From NCBI GenBank assembly GCA_030390025.1, contig CM059432.1:36954001-37018000 (forward strand): a stretch of DNA of 64,000 nt, given 5' to 3'. Positions 12,618 through 25,052 of the stretch are shown here, piece after piece; positions within the stretch are counted from its first letter, which is position 1, and every line of letters begins with the position of its first letter. The notes below the pieces were generated by a model. That model did not search any database. It saw only the letters and a list, made by a program, of their open reading frames with translations, and was not told where the DNA came from. The position numbers and the translations under genes were made by a program. Source of the stretch: Squalus acanthias. Its lineage: Eukaryota.

Positions 12618-15600
12618 GTCTCAGCTGTAGCTCAGTTGGTAACACCCTCACCTCCAAGTCAGAAAGTTGTGGGTTCAAGTCCCACCCCAGAGACTTGAGC
12701 ACAAAAAAATCTAGGCTGACACTCCAATGCAGTGCTGAGAAAGTACTGCTCTGTCGGAGGTGTCGTCTTTCAGATGAGACATTAAACCGAGGCCCTGTCT
12801 GCACTCTCAGGTGAACGTAAAAGATCCTATGCCACTATTTTGAAGATGATTAGGGGAGCTCTCCCCTGTGTCCTAGCCAATATTTATCCCTCAATCAACA
12901 TCACCAAAACAGATGATCTGGTCATTATCACATTGTTGTTTGTAGGAGCTTGCTGTGCACAAATTGGCTGCTGCGTTTACCACATTACAACAGTGATTAC
13001 ACTGCAGGAAAGATAGGGAGGGAAAAAGGGGAGGTGGAGTAGCTGTACTTGTTAGGGATAACATAATGGCAGTAGAAAAAAGTGACACAGATATCAGCAA
13101 GACAAAAATAGAATCCATATGGATAGAGATAAAAGATAATGAAGGATTAATCACACTCATAGGTGTAGCCTAGAGACCACCTAATAGTGGAAGGGAGGTG
13201 GAGGAAGAAATATGCAGACAAATCAGGAAAATGAGTAAAAAACATAGAATCATCATCATGGGGGATTTCAACTACCCCGATATTAATTGGACAGAAGAGG
13301 GGATAAGGGTTCCTTACAATATGTACAGGACTCCTTTCTAACCCAATATGTAAAAAGCCCAACAAGGGAGGATTCGTTATTGGATCTAGTAATGGAGAAT
13401 GAACCAAAGTAGATAAGAGAAGTAAAAGTAGGGGAACATCCAGGCAATAGTGACCATAATATAATACGCTTTAAGATGATAATTGAGAAGGACATAGGTA
13501 TGATGTAAACCAGGTTAAGAGATTGGAGAAAAGCTGATTGAGGGGCTGAGAATAGAACTTGGGAAAATAAAATGGGCAACAATATTAGCAATGTAGAACA
13601 GCAATGGTAAACATTTAAAACGGTGTTCAACAGAGTGCAGGAAAAAAATATTCTGCGAAACGAAAAGAACAAACTAAACAATAATGAGACTCCATGGATG
13701 AATAAAGCCATAAGGGAACAACTGAGGGTAAGTAAAGAGGCATACATTAAGTACATAGACAGCAGGGGAGTGCATGATAAGGGAGAATACGAAAAGATTA
13801 GGAGAGAAGTCAAAAAAAAATTAGGGAGCCAAAGAGGAACCATGAAATTAAATTATCAAGGAACATAAAACAAAATAGTTAAATATTTTATAGGCACATC
13901 AATAAAAAAAAAGGAAGGTTGGGATGGGAACAGGGCCATTAAGGGATTGACAGGATAATACCACAGGTAACGATAGAGAGATGACAGAAATATTAAATCA
14001 TTATTTTGCTTCAGTATTTACCAGGGAGATAGAACAGGTGGACATGACATTGGATGATGAGATCAGTAATACGATAAGTGCATTTAAAATTTTAAAAAGG
14101 ATATATTAAACTCAGAATAAAACCCCTGGTCCGGATGGATTGCATCCACACATTTTAAATGAATCTAGGGAAGAGATAGCAAAGGCATTATTACGCATAT
14201 TTAATAATTCGTTAGAAAAAGATGTAGTGCCAGAGGACTGGCAGATAGCTAACTTAATACCGATATTTAAGAAGGGAGATAGAACATGTCCAGGGAATTA
14301 TAGACCAGTCAGCTCAACGTCGGTGGTAGGAAAAATAATGGAATCCCTACTAAAGGAGAAAATAGAACATCTAGAAATCAAAACTATAATAATGAATAGT
14401 CAACATAGATTTCAAAAGGGAAAGTCTTGCTTGACCAACCTCACTGAATTTTTTTGAAGAGGTAACAGAGACAGCAGACAATGGTAATGCAGTCGATGTA
14501 ATTTATCTGGATTTTCAAAAGGCCTTTGATCAGGTACCCCATAATAGACTACTGAACAAAGGTCAGAGAATGCAGAGTCAGGGGACAAGTAGCAGAATGA
14601 ATTGCTGGCTGGCTTCAGGACAGAAAGCAGAGAGTAGGAGTAAAGGGTAGCTATTCACAGTGGCAGAAGATGGTAAGTGGTGATCCACAAGGATCAGTGT
14701 TGTTCACAATTTACATTAACGATTTAGACTTTGGAATCAAAAACACAATTTCTAAATTTGCGGAGGACACCAAATTTGGGGGGGGGGGGGGGGATAGTCA
14801 ATACTGAGGAGGACTGCAACAAATTACAGGAGGACATTAATAAACTTGCAGAATAGGCATATAATTGGCAAATGAAGTTCAACACAGATAAATGTGAGGT
14901 ATTACATGTTGGTAGGAAGAATAGGGAGGTCACTATTACTTGGAGGGTGCGAGTCTAGGTTGGGTAGAGGAACAAAGTGATCTCGGAGTACAAATACACA
15001 AATCACTAAAACTTGCAACACAGGTTGACAAGGCCATAAAAAAGGCAAACCAAGCACTGAAGTTTACTTCTAGAGGGATAGAATTGAAAGGTAGGGAAGT
15101 TATGCTAAACCTGTATCGAACCTTGGTTAGACCACACTGAGTACTGCGTACAGTTCTGGTCGCCATATTATAAAAAGGATATAGAGGCGCTGGAGAGGGT
15201 GCAGAGAAGATTTACAAGGATGATACCAGAAATGCGAGGGTATACATATCAGGAAAGGATTAACAGGCTGGTTCTCTTTTCTCTTGAAAAAAGAAGGCTG
15301 AGGGGTGACCTAATAGAGGTCTTTATCAAAATTTTTCCTAATTTTAGAGTGGATACAGAGAGAATGTTTCCACTTGTGGGGAGGAGCATAACTAGAGGCC
15401 ATCAATATAAGATAGTCACCAAGAAATCCAATCGGGAATTCAAAAGAAACTTCTTTACCCAAAGAGTGGTGAGAATGTGGAACTCGCTCCCACAGGGAGT
15501 GGTTGGTGAATAGTATAGATGCATTTTAGGGGAGGCTGAACAAGCATATGTGGGAAAAGAGGGTTATGCTGATAGATTTAGACGAGGAAAGACAGGAGGA

Positions 15601-15745
15601 GCCTCAAGTGGAGCATAAACACCAGCATGGACTGGTTGGGCCAAATGGCCTGTTTCTGTGCCGTATATCCTATGCAAAAAAGTACTTCATTGGCTGTAAA
15701 GTGTTTTGGGACATCCAGTGGTCGTGAAAGGTGCTATACTTTTTC
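12618..15745 (+). mobile_element. Deu-domain SINE split by a CR1 insertion (SINE parts 12618-13005 and 15676-15745)
   Basis: The SINE body stops at ...cagtgattacactgca and resumes at aaagtacttcattggctgtaaag after the CR1 tail. Confidence 0.7.
13006..15675 (+). mobile_element. Decayed CR1 LINE ORF2 (APE endonuclease + RT) and 3' UTR
   Basis: IIMGDFNYPDINW (endonuclease), PEDWQIANLIPIFKKG, NYRPVS, KSCLTNL and RFTRMIP...RRLRGDLIE; many stops and frameshifts. Confidence 0.9.
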
Positions 15746-16299
15746 TTTTCAAAAATAATTTGGATTTTGAATGTAATCAAAGTCTCTGGGAAACGGATAG
15801 GAGAGGAGGGGGAAGGGAGTCTCTGGCATCCTGCCACCTGCTCTTGAGGTATGCGAGTGAGCATAAGGGAATAGCTGGAGGGTTAGAGCAAGGCGAGCAA
15901 CAGGGTTGGATAAAGGAGTCAAAAAGGTGAGGCAGTAATGGAAGCGAGGATGTGGTAGGAGGGGCAAAGGATAATGGAAAGGTGAAGGAGAAACTGCCCA
16001 TCACTCTCGCATCATCCTGGAGATGAACGATAGCCTCCAGCCTCCTTTCTCCAACTACCTCTTAAACCTCTCTTCCTAGCCCCCTCCACCCTCAATTCGA
16101 ACAATGTGCAAGGAGCTCATGGATTCCTCTGTTACTAAGTTAGAGGGCAAACCCTTCAAATGCCTCGATTACTCCCCTTTACCAACAGCTAAGCATCCCC
16201 CTGCCCGAGCTCTGAACTCCAGCTTTCTCTGGTCTCCCACGCCACCATTCTCCTGCCAAGCTCATCTCATCCACGAGGCCCACCTCCTGCTCCCTTGAC

Positions 16300-17830
16300 T
16301 CCAATACCATGAATGTGACTTCCCAACTTCCCTTTCTGGCAATCATTGTTAAATGGTTCCCTCTCCTCGGACACTGTCTCACTCCTTTTGTAAACTATTA
16401 AACCCTCCCTTCAAGAAACACACCCATGACCTCTCTGTCCTTGCAAAATGCCACCCCAACTCCAACCTCCCTTTCCAAAGTCCTTGAAAGTATTGTTACC
16501 TCCAAAATCTGTGCCCATCTTGCCCGCAAATCCCTGCTGAATCCCTCCAATCAGGTTTTCATCCCTACAAGAACACCAAAACGGCACTAACCAAAGTCAC
16601 AAACGACATTTTCTGTGACCGTGGTGCATTATCCTTCCTTAGCCTCTCTCCTGCCTTGGACAGGTCAAGCACGCTATCCTCATCCAATGCCTCCCCTCTG
16701 CTGTGCAGCTCAATGGGACTGCTCTGGTTTGGTTCCACTCTTACTTATCCAATCGTAGCCACAGCACCTCGATCTATGGCTTCTCTTCTTACCCTCATCA
16801 CTTTAGGAGTACCTCAAGGGTCCATCATTGCTCCCCCAGCCTGCTCCTCTTCAACAGACTCCCCCATGGTGACATCACCTGCTGACAAGTCAACTTTCAA
16901 ATGTATGCTGATGACATCTAACTCTACCTCTCAACCAATGTTCCCTGGGATGCGGGCCATTCAAAATACTGCGCATGCGCGGTTTTTGTCATTGAAAAGC
17001 CAGCAAGCTGGCTGCGCAGGGTCCCTGGAGCGCTGCGCAGCTTACAGGGAACATTGATCTCAACCATCCTTCCCGACCCCTCCACTATCTCTGTGCTTGT
17101 ATGATATCCAGTCTCGCATGAGCCTCGATTTCCTCCAGCTAAACACTGGGCTTTGTACTCCTCCCTGGCCACTGTCTCAGACTCGGACTATTCAGAACCT
17201 CGGTGACTTATTCGATCCCGAGCAGAGCATCCGGCCCCATATCCTCTCCATCACAGGACAGCCTATTTCTACCTCTGGAACGTTGCCCCAACTCAGCCCA
17301 TCTGCCGCTGAAACTCTCATCCATACCTTTGTCACCTCCAGACTCAAATATTCTGATAAACTCCAAGCTGGCCGCCCTAAACTTCGGTTCATGAAAAACT
17401 CTACTACCTGTATTCTCTCCTGCAGTAAGTCCCACTCTCACATCACCCCTCTCCTCACGCAGCCACATTGGCTCCCAAGTCCCATAGAATTAAAAATTCC
17501 AATCCGTATGTTTAAAACCATCCATGGCCTCGCCAGTCTCCATCTCTAACCTCCTCCAGCCCTATAACCCAACCCAAACTCTCCGTTCCTCTAACTTTGG
17601 CCTTCAGCTGCCTCACGCTCTGGAATTCACTTCCTAAGCCTTTTCCCCACCTCTCTCTCCTCCTTTAAGACACTCCTTAAAACCCACTTCGACGAAGTTT
17701 TTGGTCACTTCCCGCCCCCCTGCAAATATCTCCTCCTTTGGCTTAGCATCCACTTGTTTCCTTGCACCCCTGAAGTTCCTTGGGGCTTTTCTTTTACATT
17801 AAAAGGCCAATATATAAATGTAAATTGTTT
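16300..17830 (+). mobile_element. Degenerate L2-type LINE RT region, interrupted by a hAT MITE
   Basis: ALVWFHSYLSNRS, GVPQGSI, YADD-like tatgctgatgac, AAETLIHTFVTSRL; L2 tail near 17800. Confidence 0.7.
16936..17056. mobile_element. hAT-type MITE (121 bp)
   Basis: TIR caatgttccctg / cagggaacattg; 8-bp TSD ctctcaac / atctcaac. Confidence 0.8.
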
Positions 17831-18329
17831 TTGGAGGGAAGCCACTGATGGCCACATTTTCCTCACAACCCCCACCATAAATGCAGCCTGCAGCGGTCAG
17901 TGGATTCTTCCTCCGCTGCACTACATTCAACCACCCACCACCTTCCAACCAAAAGGAAAAAAGAGAAGCAAAGAGTTAAAGGAAGAGAAGCAAAATGAAA
18001 GAAAGAGAAAGGTAGAGCAAAATGAGGTGAGGCAGAGAGAGGAACTGCAACATGAAGACAGCAGAAGACAAGTCAGAGAAAAGCCATATTCTCCCACTTG
18101 TGTGTAGCGCAACAGGAGATAGACTCGTAATCTTTTGAAAATTTTACATCTGCGCACAATTCTTAAAATGGAAACATCCACTTTTCTGGAAACTACCTAT
18201 GTAAACTAGTCACATTGTAATTACACACTCCTGCCAGTGGAGGTGCTGCAGTATGACAAGTTTACATAGTTTTTGTTTAAAATTTGGGTATAGGAACTTA
18301 CAAGAACACAAAAATTAGGAGCATGGGCA

Positions 18330-19483
18330 GCCTTTTGACAAAGTCCCGCATGGGAGACTGGTTCAAGAAGGTAAGAGCCCATGGGATCCAGGGCAATTTG
18401 GCACATTGGATCCAAAATTGGCTTAGTGGCAGGAGGCAGAGGGTGATGGTCGAAGGTTGTTTTTGTGACTGGAAGCCTGTGTCCAGTGGTGTACCGCAGG
18501 GATCGGTGCTGGGTCCTTTGCTGTTTGTAGTGTACATTAATAATTTAGATATGAATGTAGGCGGTATGATCAGTAAGTTCGCAGATGACACGAAAATTGG
18601 TGGAGTGGTAAATAGCGAGGAGGGAAGCCTCAGGCTACAAGACGATATAGACGGGTTGGTCAGATGGGCAGAACAGTGGCAAATGGAATTTAACCCTGAA
18701 AACTGTGTGGTGATGCATTTTGGGAGGACTAACAAGGCAAGGGAATACACAATGAATGGTAGCACCCTAGGAAGGACAGAGGATCAGAGGGACCTTGGTG
18801 TGCATGTACATAGATCCCTGAAGGCAGGACAGGTAGATAAGGTGGTTAAAAAGGCATATGTGATGCTTATATTCTATGCCTCGGCTAATGAAGGCAAGAG
18901 CAGGGAGGTTATGATGGAGCTGTACAAAATGCTAGTTAGGCCACAGCTGGAATACTGTGCAGTTCTGGTCGCCACACTATAGGAAGGATGTGATTGCATT
19001 GGAGAGGGTGCAGAGGAGATTCACCAGGATGTTACCTGGGCTGGAGCGTTTCAGCTATGAGGAGAGACTGGAAGGCTGGGGTTGTTTTCCTTAGAGCAGA
19101 GAAGGCTGAGGGGGGACCTGATTGAGGTGTACAAAATTATGAGGGGCATAGATAGGGTAGATAGAAAGAAACTTTTCCCCTTAGTAGAGGGGTCAATAAC
19201 TAGGGGGCATAGTTTCAAGGTAAGGAGCAGGAGGTTTAGAGGGGATTTGAGGAAAAACTTTTTCACCCAGAGGGTGGTTGGAATCTGGAACTCACTGCCT
19301 GAAAGGGTGGTAGAGGCAGGAACCCTCACAACATTCAAGAAGCATTTAGATGAGCACTTGAAACGCCATAGCATACAAGGCTACGGACCAAGTGCTGGAA
19401 AATGGGATTAGAATAGATAGGGCTTGATGGCCGGCGCAGACACGATGGGCCGAAGGGCCTCTTCCTATGCGGTATAACTCTAT
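18330..19483 (+). mobile_element. CR1 LINE, 5'-truncated (RT and 3' UTR)
   Basis: ORF 18284-18982 has [13 protein letters not shown]...KFADDTK; ORF 19082-19411 is the C-terminus. Confidence 0.9.
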
Positions 19484-19484
19484 A

Positions 19485-21190
19485 CTGCCCCTCAAGCCTG
19501 CTCCACCATTCAATAAGATCATGGCTGATCTTGGACCTCAACTCCACTTCCCTACCCTATCCCTTGATTCCTCTGGAGTCCAAACATCTATCTATCTCAG
19601 CCTTGAATATATTATACCCTTTGGGGCCAAGAATTCCAGAGATTCACAACCCTCTGAGTGAAGAAATTCCTCCTCATCCCAGTGTTAAATAGCCGACTCC
19701 TTATCCTGAGACTATGCCCCCTAGTTCTAGGCTCTCCAGCCAAGGGAAACAACCTCTCAGCATCTACCCTGTCAATTTTCTTCAGAATCTTGTATGTTTC
19801 AATGAGATTACCTCTCATTCTTCTAAACTCCAGAGAGTATAGGCTCAATCTCTCCTCTTATCCCAGGGATCAATCTAGTGAACCTTCTTGTACGGCCTCC
19901 AAGGCAAGTATATCCTTCCTCAGATAAGGAGACCAAAACTATGCACAGTACTCCAGGTGTGGTCTCACCAAGGCCCTGTACAATTGTAGCAAGACTTCCT
20001 TACTATTGCACACCAGCCCCCTTGCAATAAAGGCCAACATGCCATTTGCCTTCCTAATTGCTTACTGTACTTGCATGCTAACTCTGTTTCCTGTAGAATG
20101 ACACCTAAATCTCTGAACACCAACATTTAATAGTTTCTCACCATTTAAAAATTCTGTTTCCCTATTCTTCCTACCAAAGTGAATAACATCACATTTCCCC
20201 ACATTATACTCCATCTGCCACCTTATTGCCCACTCACTTAACCTGTCTATATCCCTTTGCAGGCTCTTGGTATCCTCCTCACAGCTCACCGATAGTAATT
20301 ACTTTAAGTTCCTCACTATCATTAGCCCCTGGGTTCCCCACTAATTTTTTGGTATGCTTTTTGTGTCTTCTACTGTGAAGACAGATACAAAATATTTGTT
20401 TAAAGTCTCTGCCAGTTCCTTGTTCCCTAATATAATTTCTCCTGTCTCAGCCTCGAAGGGACCAACACTTAATTTTGCTACTCTCTTCCTTTTTACCTAC
20501 TTGTAGAAGGTCTTACAATCGGTTTTATATTTTTTGAAAGTTTACGCTCATATTCTATTTTCTCCCTTATCAATTTTTAATTCATCCTTTGCTGGTTTCT
20601 AAGGCTCTCCCAATCCTCAGGCATACTACTATTCTTCGTAATATTATAAGCCTCTTCTTTTAATCTAATACTATCCTTAACTTCTTTAGTTAGCCACGGA
20701 TGGATCACGTTTCCCATGGATTTATTATTTCTCAATGGAATGTATATTCGTTGAGAATTTTGTAATATTTCCTCAAATGTTTGCAACAACTTATCTACTG
20801 TCATACCTTTTAATCTAATTTCCCAATCTACTTTAGCCAACTCGCCCATCATACTGATGTAATTGGCTTTATTTAAGTTTAAGACTCTAATTTTGGACTT
20901 AAGAATGTCACTCTCAAACTCAATGAGAAATTCTATCACATTATGAACACTCTTCCCGAGAGGATCCTTTACTATGAAATTACTAATTAACCCTGTCTCA
21001 TTACACAAAACAAGATCTAAAATAGCCTGTTCCCTGGTTGGTTCCATGACGTATTGTTCCAGTAAACGGTCTTGAAAGCCTTACATGAACTCATCCTCCA
21101 GACTATACTTGCCAATTTGATTTGTCTATATGAACATTAAAGTTGCCCACAATTATTGCATTACTTTTGTTACAAGCTTCTATTACTTCT
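19485..21190 (-). mobile_element. CR1 LINE with internal deletions
   Basis: ORFs 19612-19848, 20062-20289 and 20577-21047 (EPTREQAILDLVLCNE) are ORF2 segments in order. Confidence 0.85.
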
Positions 21191-22219
21191 CGTAAGAAAT
21201 ATATAGCGAACGGCATATGGCGATGCGCGGCAGCAGTGTTGTGGACGAATGTCACGTGGTTGGTGTGGTGCGAACGAGCGGCGGCTGAATGTGATCACAT
21301 GGATCGGGTCGGCGCAAAGAAGTCGTGCGTGGTAGTGGACGGCAGAAGTCCGGTGGGAGAGAGGTTCATGGGGCAGAAGGGAGGAGCTTGGGGAACACAG
21401 GTCAATGTAGGAAAAGTAGAGATCCAAGGCAATGTAGAGGAGAGAGGAGCTTAGGGTGAGAGGGAGAAGGAGGAGAGGAGCTCAGGGTCGGGAAGTAATG
21501 TAAAAAAGAGGGGAGCAATCCAGAAATTAGAGAGGGGAGCTCAGGGGCGAGATGTGAAAAAAGGGAAGAGCTCAGGGGCGAAGGAACAGAGTAAAATAAA
21601 GGGCAAAGTAAAAGAGAGGAACAGAGTAACAACCGAAAACCAGTCACTGTCACGGGCTTGAGTATTATTATGTAGTCTGTAATTCTATGTTCTGCAATAA
21701 CCAAGTCGCCACATTTAATTGACTATCTAAAAATTATGTGGGATCATTGTCAAAGTAGGAGATAAATAAAAAGGATTTGAGAACAAATGACGAATAAAGT
21801 TTAGTGATTAAGAAACCGGGCTTACTCTGGCCCCAGCAGAAAGTACCCGCTTCCCTAAGGGACAGAAATTCTTAACGACAGGAACAGGAGGGTAAATACG
21901 AATGCGATTATATCTATAAAAATGAATTTGTTCTGAATATATCCCAACAAAGACTGAATTTATATAATATAAACATACAAAAACAGTGACAAAATCTAGG
22001 ACTTTTGACAGGGACTGAATTACATATACATCTGAATTACTTATAAATTATAATGTCCTGTTCCAGTAATCTCCGCTTGCCTGGATGGGTGCAGCTGCAA
22101 CAACACAAGAAGCTCAAGACCATCCAGGACAAAAAAGTCCTCATCATCGGCAGCCCATCCACCAGCTGAAACATCCATCCCCTCCACCATCAGTGTACCG
22201 TGGCTGCAGTGTGTACGAA

Positions 22220-24022
22220 ATAACATAAGAAATAGGAGCAGGAGTAGGCACATAGCTGATCTTCTACCTCAACTCCACTTTCTTGCACTATCCCCATATC
22301 CCTTGATTCCCTTAATGTTCAAAAATCTATCGATCTCTGTCTTGAATAAACTCAAACGACTGAGCCTCCACAGCCCTTTGGGGTAGAGAATTCCAAAGAT
22401 TCACCACCCTCAGTGAAGAAATTTCTCCTCATCTCAGTCCTAAATGGCCAACCCCTTATTCGGAGACTGTGACCCCTGGTTCCAGACTCCCCAGCCAGGG
22501 GCAACATCCACCCTGCATCTACCCTGTCAAGCCCTGCAAGAATTTTGTATGTTTCAATGAGACCACCTCTCATTCTTCTAAACTCGAGAGAATATAGGCC
22601 TAGTCTACTCAATCTCTCCTCATAGGACAATCCCCCCATCCCAGGAACGAGTCTGGTGAACCTTCGTTGCACTCCCTCTATGGCAAGTATATCCTTCCTT
22701 AGGTAAGGAGACCAAAACTGTACACAATAGTCCAGGTGTGGTCTTACCAGGGCCCTATATAATTGCAGTAAGTCGTCTTATCCTCATATAATAAAGGCCA
22801 ATATAGCACTTGCTTTACCTGCATGTTAACTTCCAGTGATTAGTGTACAAGGACACCTAGGTCCCTCTGAAACACCAAAATTTCCCAATCTCTCACCATA
22901 TAAAAAATACTCTGCTTTTCTATTTTTCCGACCAAAGTGGAGAACTTCACATTTCATAACTTACACAATAGTCATAACTTACATTCCCACCTAGCTTTGT
23001 ATCATAAGCAAACTTGGATATATTACATTTGGTCCCCTCATCCAAATCATTGATGTGGATTGTGAATAGCTGAGGCCCAAGCACTGATCCTTGCGGTACC
23101 CCACTAGTTATAGCCTGCCAACCCGAAAATGACCCGTTTATTCCTACTCTCTGTTTTCTGCCCGTTAACTAATCCTCAATCCATGCTAGTATATTACCCC
23201 CAATCCCATGAGCCCTAATTTTGTTTAATAACCTATTGTGTGGCACCTTATCGAATGCCTTCTGAAAATCCAAATACACCACATCCACTGGTTCCCCCTT
23301 ATCTATTCTGCTAGTTACCACCTCAAAAAAGGCTAATAGATTCGTCAAACACAATTTCCCTTTCATAAATCCGTGTCAACTCTGCCCAATCCTATTATGA
23401 TTTTCTAAGTGCCCTGTTACCACGTCCTTAATAATAGATTCTAGCATTTTCCCGACTACTGATGTTAGGCTAACTGGTCTGTAGTTCCCCGTTTTCTCTC
23501 TTCCTCCTTTCTTAAATAGTGGGGTTACATTTGCTACCATCTAATCCGCGGGAACCATTCTAGAATCTATGGAATTTTGGAAGATGACAACCAATGCATC
23601 CACTATCTCCATAGTCACCTCTTTCAAAACTCTAGGGTGCAGGCCATCAGGTCCAGGGGATTTATCGGCTTTCAGTCCCATTAATTTCTTCAGTACTATT
23701 TTTTTACTAATACTAATTTCTTTCAGTTCCTCATTCTCGCTCAACCCTTGGTTCTCCAATATTTCCGGGAGGTTTTTTGCATCTTCTTCCGTGAAGACAG
23801 ACACAAAGTATTTGTTTAATTTCTCTGCCATTTCCTTATTCCCCATTATAACTTCTCCTGTCTCAGCCTGTAAGGGACCCACATTTACTTTCGCTAATCT
23901 TTTCCTTTTTACATACCAATAGAAGCTTTTACAGTTTGTTTTTAATGTCTCTCGCTAGTTTACTCTCCTCTTCTATTTTCCCTTTATCAATTTCTTGGTC
24001 CTCCTTTGCTGAATTCTAAACT
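22220..24022 (-). mobile_element. CR1 LINE inserted into a family-B LINE remnant (host parts 22060-22219 and 24023-24380)
   Basis: ORFs 22352-22672, 23169-23366 (YLDFQKAFDKVPH) and 23541-23882 (KSPGPDGLHPRVLKE). The host resumes at ...tacaggatgcac. Confidence 0.85.
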
Positions 24023-24782
24023 TCATTATATACAGGATGCACTTCAGTAACTCGCCAAGGCTTCTTCTAAGGCACCTCCCAAATCTGCAATCGCCACCAC
24101 CGAAAATGACAAGGGCAGCAGGTGCACGGGAACACCATCACCTCAGAGTTCCCCTCTAAGTCACATACCATCCCAACTTGGATATATATCGTTGTTCCTT
24201 CATCATCACTAGGTCAAAATCCTGGAACTCCCTACCAAACAACATTTTGGGAGAATCTTCACCACAAGGACTGGAGTGTTCAAGAATTAGGCCCATCACT
24301 GCCAACTCAGGGCACCTAGCGATCAGCAATAAATGTCAGCCTTGCCAGCAGTGTCCACATCCCGAGAATGAATTAAAAGAAATCACAGGAACCCTACTTC
24401 AACTGAAAGTCACTTTTGGTCTTAATCCCCATACAGTACCACGGAAGATCAACGAGTAGGAAAAAACAGCCGGTACACTTTAATATTATGTGATACACTT
24501 CTCATGCAACACTCTAAATTTGTCAGCTCAAATTGCTCCTATTGCTGCACCACCTGTAACCCCCGTGTTATACAACCCAAAATGTGATCTAGTCCTGGGT
24601 TATCCGAACAAGGTACCAAGATTTCACACACCCACCATGACATTTCACTAAAAATTCTAGTGACATTGCATTCTATCCTCAACCTACGGTCACCAACCAC
24701 GGCCACAAGGACCAAATGCAACAACTTCTAAATTACAAGCAAGCATTCAGTCACAGAACCAAGAACAGAGCGTGCAAGGCAC

Positions 24783-25052
24783 CTGCTGCTTTTTCTCCTT
24801 CATGCGAAGTTCTTCCAGTCCAGCCGCAGCATTGAGAAGCCAGTCGATGTAAATACCATTCCCTCACACGAACAGCTCCTCACCCGCTCCTGGTGCCATC
24901 ACATCGACCGGAATTCACTTTGTTGAAACAGATCCAGGATTCCACGTTGTAATTCCATGGACTGATAATGCTGGTAGGCCACATTCGGAGGAGACATTAT
25001 CAGGGCAGGTAGTACAAGTTTCACCTCCCCGAACTCTGCCCACGGGTCACCC
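24783..25052 (-). other. Candidate 270-nt internal exon of a minus-strand host gene (5' UTR-like; possible start M-K-E-K-S-S at its 3' end)
   Basis: Non-repetitive sequence bounded by a strong acceptor (tatttgttttctttcccag|G) and a donor CAG|gtgcct. All three frames contain stops. Confidence 0.5.

Noticed and set aside
12618..12690. tRNA gene (also 1380-1450)
   Set aside because: The A/B-box-like head continues into a SINE body present in four copies, and I could not build a complete cloverleaf.
18233..18250. CTCF site in the hairpin loop
   Set aside because: CCAGTGGAGGTGCT mismatches several core positions of CCASYAGRKGGCRS.
24783..24802. MKEKS start as SIM1/SIM2
   Set aside because: SIM proteins continue MKEKSKNAA(R/K)TRR; here the frame reads MKEKSS and then meets a splice donor.
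24783..24900. Selenoprotein-type readthrough MAPGAGEELFV*GNGIYIDWLL...
   Set aside because: A single in-frame TGA with no recognisable selenoprotein motif and no visible SECIS; a uORF is the simpler explanation.
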